The notes under the pieces were generated by a model. The model was not told where the DNA came from, did no database searches, and was given only the letters and a program-made list of their open reading frames with translations. The translations under genes and the position numbers were made by a program. From Verrucomicrobiota bacterium (GTDB taxonomy: Bacteria; Verrucomicrobiota; Verrucomicrobiia; JABWAM01), in NCBI GenBank assembly GCA_013288215.1, contig JABDCI010000004.1, positions 298 to 64,297 on the forward strand: 64,000 nucleotides of DNA, written 5' to 3'. This document shows, one piece after another, positions 18,858-28,461 of the stretch (positions are counted from its first letter, which is position 1; the number at the start of each line of letters is the position of its first letter).

Positions 18858-19976
18858 ATGGCCGCCGATCCTGAACGCTATTTTCCGGCTTCCCACCCGG
18901 AGTTGAGTGCCGCGCTGGATCTCTTTATGGCAAACGCGCGACATCAGCTCGGGGCGCTGGGCGGGGTTGAAGCGTTCGTTCTTGCCGGTGGTTACGGGCG
19001 GGGCGAGGGCGGCGTTCTTGTAGGAGATGACGGCCGTGAACATCTCTATAACGACCTCGAGTTTTATCTTTTTACAAAAGGGATTCCAACCGCTGCGCTC
19101 CGCCATGGTGTGCACCAGATCGAGCGTGAAGGATCTCGCGCTTTGGAGCTGGAGGTGGAAATCCGGATGCTTCCCTCGCGCGCGTTGCGACGGGCGGTTC
19201 CTTCAATGTTTTTTTACGATCTTTTTTGGGGGCATCGAGTCGTTTATGGTCCGGAGGATTTCGTCCGACGGTTCACGCCTGATGCTGTGCGCGATGAAGA
19301 CCGGATCCCGCTTCACGAAGCCACACGCCTGTTGTTCAACCGGGGTAGCGGCCTGCTTTTTGCGGCAGCGAAACTGGGTGGGATCGATCCTGATCGTGAT
19401 ATCCGATTCATTCAACGCAATCACGCGAAGCTTAAGCTTGCGCTGGGAGACGCTTGGCTGGCGGCCCATGGCGAATATCACTGGTCATGTGTGGAGCGAA
19501 ATCGCCGATTAAAAAAACATGCGATCACCCTGCCGAATGGCGCCGTCATTCAGGGATTTCACGATGAAGGGGTTCAGTTCAAACTGCATCCGGCGCATCC
19601 CATGCTCGATGACGCGACTCTGAGAGCCCAACAGCAACGCCTCGTGGCTCTCTGGACGGAGCTTTTTCTTTGGCTGGAAGGGAAGCGTCTCCAAACTTCT
19701 TTTTCGACGCTCTCCAGCTATGTCCACTATGCGGGGCGTGTTCTTCCTGAGATGTCTCTCTTGAAGGCTGTTTTGTGCCATCTTCGCGACATACTTCGTT
19801 ACCGTGGTTTCGTCCCCCGCTGGCGGGATTATCCTCGCGCGACTTTGCAACGGGCGCTTGCCGGCGCATTGGCCTCGCAGGATATGCTGGATGGGGAGGG
19901 CGGCGCGGGCGTCCTCTCGGTTTCAACTTCTTCATTCCTTGCGGAATATCGTCGATGGTGGAGTCGGTATCATTGA
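18858..19976 (+). CDS. nucleotidyltransferase-fold protein of unknown function
   Basis: GGYGRGEGG...NDLEF matches the minimal NTase motif hG[GS]...DxE. No other recognisable domain. Confidence 0.5.
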   Translation: MAADPERYFPASHPELSAALDLFMANARHQLGALGGVEAFVLAGGYGRGEGGVLVGDDGREHLYNDLEFYLFTKGIPTAALRHGVHQIEREGSRALELEVEIRMLPSRALRRAVPSMFFYDLFWGHRVVYGPEDFVRRFTPDAVRDEDRIPLHEATRLLFNRGSGLLFAAAKLGGIDPDRDIRFIQRNHAKLKLALGDAWLAAHGEYHWSCVERNRRLKKHAITLPNGAVIQGFHDEGVQFKLHPAHPMLDDATLRAQQQRLVALWTELFLWLEGKRLQTSFSTLSSYVHYAGRVLPEMSLLKAVLCHLRDILRYRGFVPRWRDYPRATLQRALAGALASQDMLDGEGGAGVLSVSTSSFLAEYRRWWSRYH

Positions 19977-20098
19977 ACTGTCCGGCATAGAGGGGATCTG
20001 CCGGGACATCTCACAGCAAGATAAAATGGAACCTGACCCGGCCTGGTTCTGAACGCCGATTGATTTTGCCGGGCAATATGACACTATCCTCATTCTTC

Positions 20099-21241
20099 AT
20101 GAAGGTGTGTTACAGCGCGACAATTTGGGATGGCGGCCGCTCTGGGATCGGAACGTACATCGCGGAACAGATCTCGCAGCTTTCGCAACGCGAGGATCTG
20201 AATCTTCGCATCCTGGAATATGGAGGCAGGCTTCTCTCGCGTCACGAACGCCCGCAAGGGAGTGGAACCGGAAGTGGAACTCGAAACCCCGTGCGGCCGC
20301 TCCGGGACATTGCATGGCATCGCTGTCGTCTTGCTTCGCTGGTCCGGCAGGAAAAAATCGATGTCGTTCATGTGCCCACGATTCGACGGATCCCAGGAAA
20401 ATTGTCGTGCGCCGCAGTGATTACCGTGCATGACCTGGGCCCTGTGCGAATGCGAGGAAAGTATGGGCTGCTTCGCCGTTTCTATCATACGAGCGTGGTC
20501 CCCCGGTGGCTGGAGAATGTCGACGCGATCGTCACTCCCAGTCATTTCACCAAAAATGATCTCATGCAGTTTTATCGGGTGTCTGCTGAAAAAATCACGG
20601 TGGTTCCCAATGGATTGAATCATGAGATTTACAAGCCAGGTGATGAGAAGGAAAGCGCGGCCCGGATACGCGATAGTTACAAAATCGCAGGTCCTTTCTT
20701 TGTTTATATTTCACGTTTGGAACATCCGGCAAAAAATCATGTTCGGTTGATCCATGCTTTTGAGCAGTTCAAAGATTCGCTTTCGCTTCCCCATCAGTTG
20801 GTGCTCGTTGGCGCTCGGTGGAACGGAGCGGAGGAGGTTGAAGAGGTCCTTGCGGCCTCCAGGCATCGTCAGGCGATTGTGCATACAGGTCATGTGCCAC
20901 ATGAGGATTTGCCTCACTTTTTGCGCGCTTCGGTGGCGCTCATCTACCCCTCCTTGTTTGAGGGCTTTGGAATGCCCGTGACGGAAGCTATGGCATGCGG
21001 AACGCCCGTGGCGTGTTCGCGGTCCTCTTCCCTTACCGAAATTGCCGAGGGAAAAAGTCTTTTGTTCGATCCGGAAAATCCGGAAGAAATGGCGGATGCG
21101 ATGCGAAAATTAGCCACGGATGATTTGTTGCGAGAACGTCTTTGCGCCACAGGACTCGCGCATGCGAAGACATTTACGTGGAAGCGGTGTGTCGATGAAA
21201 CCATTCAGGTTTGGCGGCAGGCGATGGAGCGTGCTCGATGA
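20099..21241 (+). CDS. glycosyltransferase family 4 (alternative start at 20060)
   Basis: EGFGMPVTEAMACGTPV. Confidence 0.85.
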   Translation: MKVCYSATIWDGGRSGIGTYIAEQISQLSQREDLNLRILEYGGRLLSRHERPQGSGTGSGTRNPVRPLRDIAWHRCRLASLVRQEKIDVVHVPTIRRIPGKLSCAAVITVHDLGPVRMRGKYGLLRRFYHTSVVPRWLENVDAIVTPSHFTKNDLMQFYRVSAEKITVVPNGLNHEIYKPGDEKESAARIRDSYKIAGPFFVYISRLEHPAKNHVRLIHAFEQFKDSLSLPHQLVLVGARWNGAEEVEEVLAASRHRQAIVHTGHVPHEDLPHFLRASVALIYPSLFEGFGMPVTEAMACGTPVACSRSSSLTEIAEGKSLLFDPENPEEMADAMRKLATDDLLRERLCATGLAHAKTFTWKRCVDETIQVWRQAMERAR

Positions 21242-22020
21242 GTTCCTGCATCCATCGTCTTTTTGGCATTTCCATCTGGGATGAAACCCTCAAGGACGCC
21301 ACGCGTGCCATCCTTGAGGCCGCTCAGAGCGGGGAGCGCCGCACGGTCTATTTTGTGAATGCTCATTGCATCAATGTCGCTGTCCGAAATCCTGACTATC
21401 TCGACGCGCTGAAGAAGGTTGATCGTGCCTATGCGGACGGGAGTGGGCTGGCGATTGCGGCTCGTTTGGCCGGTAGTCCGTTGCGTGACAACGTGAATGG
21501 AACGGATATGTTCCCGCTTCTTTGCGAATATGCGGCTCGTGAAAATATCCCCATCGCACTGCTTGGAGCCAAGCCAGGAATTGCCGTTCGTTGTGCGGAA
21601 AACATGAAAGCACGTTTTCAGGGACTGCAGTTTTCATTTGTGGAACATGGCTATTTCGATCGGAGTGAAGAAGCAGAAATGATTCAGCGACTGAACGCGA
21701 GCGGCGCCAAAATTCTGCTGGTGGCTTTTGGCGTGCCATTTCAGGAGTTGTGGATTCAACGGAATGCTGCGATATTAAAGGCACCGGTGCTCCTTGCGGT
21801 GGGAGGACTGTTTGATTTTTATTCGGGTTTACGTGTGCGGGCTCCCCTTCTTTTACGGAAAACCGGGTTCGAATGGGTCTATCGTTTAGCACAGGAACCG
21901 ATGCGCATGTTCGTTCGATATGTGATTGGAAACCCCCTTTATTTAAGCCGAATCTTTTTTCTTAGATTGAAAGGCAAGAAATATTTAATGGAATCGATTT
22001 TCTATTCGAACAAAAGCTGA
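21238..22020 (+). CDS. WecB/TagA/CpsF-family glycosyltransferase (GT26)
   Basis: YFVNAHCINVA...DGSGLAIAARL. The ATGA overlap with the upstream GT gene indicates translational coupling. Confidence 0.8.
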   Translation: MSSCIHRLFGISIWDETLKDATRAILEAAQSGERRTVYFVNAHCINVAVRNPDYLDALKKVDRAYADGSGLAIAARLAGSPLRDNVNGTDMFPLLCEYAARENIPIALLGAKPGIAVRCAENMKARFQGLQFSFVEHGYFDRSEEAEMIQRLNASGAKILLVAFGVPFQELWIQRNAAILKAPVLLAVGGLFDFYSGLRVRAPLLLRKTGFEWVYRLAQEPMRMFVRYVIGNPLYLSRIFFLRLKGKKYLMESIFYSNKS

Positions 22021-22179
22021 ATGTCGGTTTTGTAATCTTTTGTGCATCAAGTATTTGTGATTTCTTATGAAGTTCGGCGGGTGATTGATGACTTGATTCC
22101 AAGGCAGCTCTTGTCTAGATTAAAGGCTTGCTCCCGATGTTGAGAGATCCCGACTTCGGCTGCTTGGGATCAATGCCAT

Positions 22180-23055
22180 ATGAATGAAGAGAATCAGAAT
22201 TCAACGAACGCCACTCATGGATGGAACGGCGCAACGCGTCCATTTGAGCCCACGGGCGATCCCAAATTTTTTTATCAAAGCCGTCAGCATGTGGAGGCGT
22301 TGGCGCGCCTGGAATATTTGATCACCCAACAGACGATGCAGATGGGCATGCTCACAGGTGAAATTGGTTGCGGCAAATCAATGGTGCGGCAGATGCTGGT
22401 GAACAAACTGCCTGCGGACAAGTTGTGTGTCGTTCAATTCGAAAATTCGGGATTCAATTTCACCGATCACTTGCGCCGGCTCCTCGACAAGTTTGGCCTT
22501 GGCGATTTCGCGGCCGATAAACGGGGAATGTACGATTTGTACGAATTGGTGGCCCATTGCATGGCGCAGCTCGACGAGATTTACGGGCGTCACCTGGTTC
22601 TTCTTTTTGACGAGGCTCAAGATCTGAGCACGGAGGTTCTGACGCAGCTGAAGATGCTTACCAATTTAAATGAACGCGGGGAGGGGGCGTTGACCATCGT
22701 CCTGATCGGCCAGCCTGAGTTGCGCGAGGTGGTGGCGCGAGTGCCCGCGGTTGATCAACGCATCAGTTTGCGCTATCATCTCAAGCCGATGATGGGGGAA
22801 GATGTGGAACCTTATCTGCGTCATCGCATGCAAGCGGCTGGTGTTGGCATGGACGTATTTACAAAAATAGCCTGCGAGCGCATTTATCATGCGAGCCGTG
22901 GAATTCCCCGGGAAATTAATCGACTTGCACGCCTCTCGATGGAAGTATCGAAAAATCGCGGAAAAAAAATGGTGGATGAAGAGGAGGTTCATATTGTGGT
23001 TGAGGATTTGCGTCGTCATCAGAATATGCCTTCGTGGAATAGCATTACCTTATGA
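22180..23055 (+). CDS. ExeA/GspA-like AAA ATPase (EPS/PEP-CTERM-locus type secretion ATPase)
   Basis: GEIGCGKS Walker A, LFDEAQDL Walker B, and an ExeA-like N-terminus. Confidence 0.75.
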   Translation: MNEENQNSTNATHGWNGATRPFEPTGDPKFFYQSRQHVEALARLEYLITQQTMQMGMLTGEIGCGKSMVRQMLVNKLPADKLCVVQFENSGFNFTDHLRRLLDKFGLGDFAADKRGMYDLYELVAHCMAQLDEIYGRHLVLLFDEAQDLSTEVLTQLKMLTNLNERGEGALTIVLIGQPELREVVARVPAVDQRISLRYHLKPMMGEDVEPYLRHRMQAAGVGMDVFTKIACERIYHASRGIPREINRLARLSMEVSKNRGKKMVDEEEVHIVVEDLRRHQNMPSWNSITL

Positions 23056-24878
23056 AGTCAGACGAGTCCGATCAGCCGATTGAAGGCGAAATGCGCGTCA
23101 GCGATTGGATGAGCAGCAAAAAAGAAGCCAAGGCTCCGGCGGTAAATCCTCCGCCCACGCCCAAGGAGAGCAAGCCTGAAGCCTTTTCGCTAGCCCAGAC
23201 GGTCAATGGAAACACGGATCAAACGCCTCCTCCGCCTGCTCCTCCGGGAGCGAAGCGCGCCGTTCTGCAAGCTCCCATGCTTGAACCTCTCCGTCGCGAG
23301 AGTGCTCCGATCTCTCCCCGATCTTTTGCATTTGGGAAGATCCCTTCTCCGACAGTCAAACCTGATCCTTCGGACGAAGTCTCTTCCGAAGAAGACCTTG
23401 CTGAAGACCAATTGCCTTTCGATGTATTTCGCTATGCTGGCGGGATTCTTCAACGCAAGTTTTCGATTTTTTTTGTTGGGCTCCTTGGATTGGTCGGAGG
23501 CTTTGCATACGGTTATTTAAGCGGGGACAATTATCGGGCGTCAGCCACCCTTATTTTTCGCGACGTGCCCACGAGCATCCAGGTTGCGGGTTCTCAGCGG
23601 GATTACAAGCCGAAGGAGCTGACCGTATCGACCCTCACAGAGATTTTGTCTTCGGAGCCGTTGCTTCAGCGAGTGGGATCCAAATTGCATCCGCCCTTAA
23701 CGGTCAAAAAACTTTCCAAACGGCTCACGATGAAGCCAGAAGGGCGTGGAGAGTGTCTCACATTGACCTTTGAGGGGGCGCCGGACGGCGCAGCTGCCGT
23801 GAATGGTGCCAACACATGGGCTGAGGAAGGGCTTCAATTCACCAAGGAATTGCAGGCGCAGGAAGCGCGTGAGGCACGTTCCTATCTCGATCATGAGCAA
23901 TTGCAGAATTCCATCAATTCTGGGCGGACGGAGATTGCCCAATTGCGCGCCCAATTTTCCGATCAAAATCCACTCGTGAGGGAGAAGCTCGAGCAGCTTC
24001 AACGGCTCGAAGACCAGCTCCGTAAGAAGGATGAGGAGTCGAAAATGCCCCCTCCTGATCTGAAGCCGGGAGAGCTGCCGGATGATCCGCAGCACACCAT
24101 CATGGGTTATTACAATATCATCTCACCGGCTACAATTGAAGCTGTCAGGTCGACGAATAAGTGGGTGAAAGGGATGCTATTTGGCGTCGGTTTTTCTGCC
24201 GCGGGGATTTTTTTAATGCTGGGATTCTCTCTTTTGAGTGAAATCATGGATCGGCGCGTGCGCACGGTTGCGGAGCTCGAACAGGCCATTGACCATTCCA
24301 ATCTGCAGAAGATCCCGCGCGTTTCCGCGAAAGCGCTTGCTTCCAATGAGGTATCGACGATTTGGACCAGGATTCTCGGCGGATCCTCGCGTGAAGTGGT
24401 CTGTTTCTGGACGCCTCATTATCATGAGCAGTCTGGTCTCGTCATGCAGGCATTGCTCAATCTGGCCTCGAAGCAGGTGATGCCCTTGATTTGGGTGGAT
24501 ACCGGCATGTTCGGCGTTCGAGCTCCTGCGGATTTCCAGCAGGTGGAATTGCCACAGTTGGGTTACGAACTTGGTTCGGGACGGTATTCCATGAAGTTGA
24601 ACCTACAGGCTCTCTCGGCAATCGAAGCGGAGCAGATCGGCAAGGCGTTCATGGAGATTGCCACGCGTCAGAAAATGCCGATCTGGATCGGCATTCAGGG
24701 ACAAATCCAGGAGCCTGCGTGTTCTCTTGCCCGTCATGTGAATCGTGTCAAAATTCTGGCCGTCTTGGAAGCGGTGTCCAAGACGTTTTGGGAAAACGAA
24801 AGTGAACTCTTAAAGCAAAGCGTTGGATCCCATGTGGAATGGCTTGCGGTGAATTATGTTCCATGGTATGGCTGGTGA
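23052..24878 (+). CDS. Wzz/Wzc-like polysaccharide co-polymerase with a Pro-rich N-terminal extension and a degenerate C-terminal BY-kinase-like domain
   Basis: TM1, then a Wzz-like periplasmic domain with coiled coil, then TM2. The C-terminal domain aligns to the BY-kinase fold, but the Walker A is HEQSG instead of GEGKS. Confidence 0.7.
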   Translation: MKSDESDQPIEGEMRVSDWMSSKKEAKAPAVNPPPTPKESKPEAFSLAQTVNGNTDQTPPPPAPPGAKRAVLQAPMLEPLRRESAPISPRSFAFGKIPSPTVKPDPSDEVSSEEDLAEDQLPFDVFRYAGGILQRKFSIFFVGLLGLVGGFAYGYLSGDNYRASATLIFRDVPTSIQVAGSQRDYKPKELTVSTLTEILSSEPLLQRVGSKLHPPLTVKKLSKRLTMKPEGRGECLTLTFEGAPDGAAAVNGANTWAEEGLQFTKELQAQEAREARSYLDHEQLQNSINSGRTEIAQLRAQFSDQNPLVREKLEQLQRLEDQLRKKDEESKMPPPDLKPGELPDDPQHTIMGYYNIISPATIEAVRSTNKWVKGMLFGVGFSAAGIFLMLGFSLLSEIMDRRVRTVAELEQAIDHSNLQKIPRVSAKALASNEVSTIWTRILGGSSREVVCFWTPHYHEQSGLVMQALLNLASKQVMPLIWVDTGMFGVRAPADFQQVELPQLGYELGSGRYSMKLNLQALSAIEAEQIGKAFMEIATRQKMPIWIGIQGQIQEPACSLARHVNRVKILAVLEAVSKTFWENESELLKQSVGSHVEWLAVNYVPWYGW

Positions 24879-24883
24879 GGTTT

Positions 24884-25867
24884 ATGCGAATTGCCATTCT
24901 TTTTTTACTTTTTGTCAGTCTTGGTGTTCGGGCAGAGGATGGGCAGAATCAGGCTTCCAGCACCCCTTCGTGGAAAGATGAATATACGATCGGGCCTGGA
25001 GACACGTTGCGCATTGAGCTCTACGGAAAGCCGGAAACCCTGCGTTCCTCCGTGGTCGTGCAGCCCGATGGCACTCTCTCCTATCTTCAGGTGCAGAATC
25101 TTCCCGTGAAGGGGCTGACGATTGAACAGGTTCGTGTGCAAATCCAATCTTCCCTGGAACGATTTTTTCGAAACGTCGAAGTTATTGTTCAGCCCCTCGT
25201 TCTTCGCAGTAAAAAATATTTCGTGCTTGGCCGTGTGGCTGGTCGTGGCGCCTATGTGATGGATCATCCCATCACAATTGTGGAGGCGGTCGCGCGCGCG
25301 CGCGGCATTGAAACGGGCGTGCTGGAGCCGACCCCTGCGGGACTGGCCGATTTATCTCGTGCGTTTCTTGTTCGGAACAATAAGCGGGTGTCGATCGATT
25401 TTGAGAAACTTTTTCTTGCAGGCGATCTTTCCCAAAACATCGAGCTCGAACCCGATGACTATCTTTATTTTCCATCGACGACGAATCCTGAAGTGTACGT
25501 CACTGGCTTCGTCAATGCGCCTGCGCGAGTTGCGTTGATTCCGGATATGACGGTGATGAGCGCCCTTTCTGCATGCGGAGGTTTCAATCCCGCAGCCTAC
25601 CGCGACCGGGTGCTTTTGATCCGCGGATCCCTGCAAAATCCCCAAACGTTTCCCATCGATTGCAACGATATCTTGAAAGGAAAAGCGACCGACATGCTGC
25701 TCCAGTCCCAGGATATTATTTATGTGAGCAGCCGTCCTTGGCGCATTGCTGAAGATCTGCTCGATACAGCCACTCAGGCTTTCGTTCAAGGTGCTGTGAA
25801 TGCATGGGTGGGTCACAACGTGGAACTCGGCAGCGCCGTGCATCCGGTGATTCCTCAGACCAGGTGA
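24884..25867 (+). CDS. Wza-type polysaccharide export protein (Poly_export + SLBB). The ORF is open from 24839.
   Basis: Signal peptide MRIAILFLLFVSLGVRA. YTIGPGDTLRIELYGKPE...PDGTLSY export motif. Confidence 0.8.
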   Translation: MRIAILFLLFVSLGVRAEDGQNQASSTPSWKDEYTIGPGDTLRIELYGKPETLRSSVVVQPDGTLSYLQVQNLPVKGLTIEQVRVQIQSSLERFFRNVEVIVQPLVLRSKKYFVLGRVAGRGAYVMDHPITIVEAVARARGIETGVLEPTPAGLADLSRAFLVRNNKRVSIDFEKLFLAGDLSQNIELEPDDYLYFPSTTNPEVYVTGFVNAPARVALIPDMTVMSALSACGGFNPAAYRDRVLLIRGSLQNPQTFPIDCNDILKGKATDMLLQSQDIIYVSSRPWRIAEDLLDTATQAFVQGAVNAWVGHNVELGSAVHPVIPQTR

Positions 25868-25871
25868 GCTT

Positions 25872-27008
25872 ATGCAAACTTTTCCCTACCGTTTTCTTCG
25901 TGTCATGGGACTGGCCTGTGCCACCCTGATTTCCATCTGGATCGTCGGTTGTTCTTCGTACGGATCCAAATTCGATCCCTATGCTGGTCCATCCCCAGCC
26001 ACGGCGCCCCTGGATGATGTCAGCAATCAATTTACGTCCGTGAAGGTTGAGAACAAGGTGCCCAGCGAATGGCTCAGACCTTCTGATCAACCTTACCGGC
26101 TTGGTTCCGGCGATGAGCTTTTGATTGAGGTTGTCGGGGTTTCCAATTCGGTATCGACCACTTTCATCACTCCTGATGGGAAGCTCTATTTTCAAAATAT
26201 CTCGGGATTTCGTGCGCGCGGTCTGACTCTGCCTGAGCTGAAGGACTCCTTAGAGAAGGAACTCGGGAAATGGTATAACGCCCCCCAAGTCAGTATTTCG
26301 ATCTCCCAGGTAAAAAGTCAGCGTGTTTGGATTATGGGCCGCGTGACGACTCCGGGCATCTATCCCCTGGATCATCCGACCACGCTCCTTGAGGCGATCT
26401 CGCAAGCTGGCGGCATAGCCACAGGGGGCTTGTTGAATGCGCTTCAAAGTTCATCGACCACCGCGGCGCAGGATGAGATGGCGGATCTTTCACGCGCCTT
26501 CCTTGTGCGGGACAGCAAATTTGTGCCCATCGATTTCGAGGCTCTTTTGAAGCAGGGGGATATGAGCCAGAATATTTATCTTAAGGATGGCGACTTCATT
26601 TCACTTCCTGCGATCCGAAGCAGGGAAGTGTATGTCATGGGATCTGTTGTGCGGCCCAGTTCGGTCCCCTATCACGATTCCATTTCCCTTATCGGCGCCA
26701 TCGCGGCAGCGGGTGGTCCAGCGCCGGTGGCCCATATTCAGCACATTGTATTGATCCGCGGCAGCTTGACGGAGCCCAAAGTGGCGGTTCTCGCCTACAA
26801 GGACATTGTGACGGGGAAGACGCGCGATGTGATGTTGCAGCCTCATGACATTGTATGGGTGCCCCGCTCTCCATGGGAACGCCTGGATAATCTGGTCCAC
26901 GTCGCTCTCAACACATTTGTACAAAGTGTTGCCATCAATGAAGGCGCCCATTTTGGAGCACCCGGCACGGCGTCAGTCGGAACGACGATCAATGTTAGCG
27001 GGCAATAG
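25872..27008 (+). CDS. Wza-type polysaccharide export lipoprotein (second paralogue)
   Basis: Lipobox IVGCSS. YRLGSGDELLIEVVG...PDGKLYF. Confidence 0.8.
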   Translation: MQTFPYRFLRVMGLACATLISIWIVGCSSYGSKFDPYAGPSPATAPLDDVSNQFTSVKVENKVPSEWLRPSDQPYRLGSGDELLIEVVGVSNSVSTTFITPDGKLYFQNISGFRARGLTLPELKDSLEKELGKWYNAPQVSISISQVKSQRVWIMGRVTTPGIYPLDHPTTLLEAISQAGGIATGGLLNALQSSSTTAAQDEMADLSRAFLVRDSKFVPIDFEALLKQGDMSQNIYLKDGDFISLPAIRSREVYVMGSVVRPSSVPYHDSISLIGAIAAAGGPAPVAHIQHIVLIRGSLTEPKVAVLAYKDIVTGKTRDVMLQPHDIVWVPRSPWERLDNLVHVALNTFVQSVAINEGAHFGAPGTASVGTTINVSGQ

Positions 27009-27017
27009 CTTGCAATT

Positions 27018-28355
27018 TCAGTCCGACGCGCCTTCAGCCAATGTGGCGCACAGCACATCCAAGCCTTCATTCACCTGCTCGTCGGTGATGCAAAGTGGCA
27101 TCAAGGTCCGGATGACGTTGCTGTAAATCCCCGCTGAAAGAATGATCAGGCCTCGTTCAGCGCATTTTTTCACCACGGCTGCGGCGAGTTCAGGATGGGG
27201 TTGTCGTGTCTCCTTCGAACGAACAAGTTCGATTCCGAGCATCGCGCCGAGCCCCCGGACATCTCCCACCCAGGCGCATTTTTTCTGAAATTCCAAAAGA
27301 CGGGTTTGAACCAGTTTGCCGATAGCGCCGGCGCGCTTTGCCATCTGGTTCTTCTCGAGCAGATCGATGTTGGCCAGCGCTGCAACGCATGCGATGGGAT
27401 TGCCGCCATAGGTGCCGCCGAGTCCCGCCACATGGACCGATTCCATCAACTCCGCGCGCCCCGTCACGGCGGCCAGGGGTAATCCTCCCGCCAATGACTT
27501 GGCCATGGTCATCAGGTCCGGCACCAGATTGTAATGTTCGCAGGCGAACATCTTCCCGGTGCGCGCAAAACCGGTCTGAACCTCATCGATGATCAGAAGA
27601 ATCTTGTGCTCGCGGCAGACTTCCGCAAGGCCTTTCACATAGTCAGGGGGCATTGCCACAAATCCGCCCTCGCCAACCACAAGTTCCACGATGAAGGCCG
27701 CGATCGAATCCGGCGCGACTTGCGCCTTCAGAAATTCGTGCAGATGATCGAGAAGCGACGCGACGAAAGCAGGTTCGCTCATTCCTGCCGGACGCCGGTA
27801 GCTGTACGGGTAAGGAAGGCGGTAGATTTCCGGAGCAAACGGTCCAAAACCGAATTTGTACGGCTTGACTTTGCTGGTGAGGGACATGGTGAGCAGGGTG
27901 CGGCCATGATACCCGTGCTCGAAGGCTACGATGGCGGGACGTTTCGTGAAGTAGCGCGCCACCTTCACCGCATTTTCTACGGCTTCCGCGCCGGAATTAA
28001 CGAGGAGCGTTTTTTTCGGGTGATCCCCCGGCGTGATCGCGTTGAGCTTGCGAGCCAGCTGCACGTACGGCTCATGCATCGTGACGTGGAAACAGGTGTG
28101 CAGGAACTTTTCCGCTTGCTGCTGCACGGCCTTGACGACCGCTTCGGGCGTGTGTCCGGCGTTCAAACATCCGAGTCCGCCGGCAAAATCGAGAAACTGA
28201 TTTCCATCGACGTCCTCCAAGGTTGCGTCGTGCGCCTGCGCGGCGAAGATGGGCGTGATCTGGAAAACAGCCTTGGGGACGTGTTTCTCACGTTCCCCCA
28301 TCAATTTCTGGCTTTTAGGACCCGGGATCGGAGTGCGGAGATGAATGGTGCGCAT
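27018..28355 (-). CDS. gabT: class III aminotransferase, 4-aminobutyrate aminotransferase-like
   Basis: DEVQTGFARTGKMFACEH PLP-lysine region. GabT-like N-terminus. Confidence 0.85.
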   Translation of the reverse strand: MRTIHLRTPIPGPKSQKLMGEREKHVPKAVFQITPIFAAQAHDATLEDVDGNQFLDFAGGLGCLNAGHTPEAVVKAVQQQAEKFLHTCFHVTMHEPYVQLARKLNAITPGDHPKKTLLVNSGAEAVENAVKVARYFTKRPAIVAFEHGYHGRTLLTMSLTSKVKPYKFGFGPFAPEIYRLPYPYSYRRPAGMSEPAFVASLLDHLHEFLKAQVAPDSIAAFIVELVVGEGGFVAMPPDYVKGLAEVCREHKILLIIDEVQTGFARTGKMFACEHYNLVPDLMTMAKSLAGGLPLAAVTGRAELMESVHVAGLGGTYGGNPIACVAALANIDLLEKNQMAKRAGAIGKLVQTRLLEFQKKCAWVGDVRGLGAMLGIELVRSKETRQPHPELAAAVVKKCAERGLIILSAGIYSNVIRTLMPLCITDEQVNEGLDVLCATLAEGASD

Positions 28356-28461
28356 AGTAAGAAATGGAAGAGCGCTTTAGCAGAAACGCGAGTCGACGTG
28401 TCCAAAACAGAAATAAGTTCCCGTGCTTCAAAGGAAATTCACAAGAGTGTCACACGGCGCG

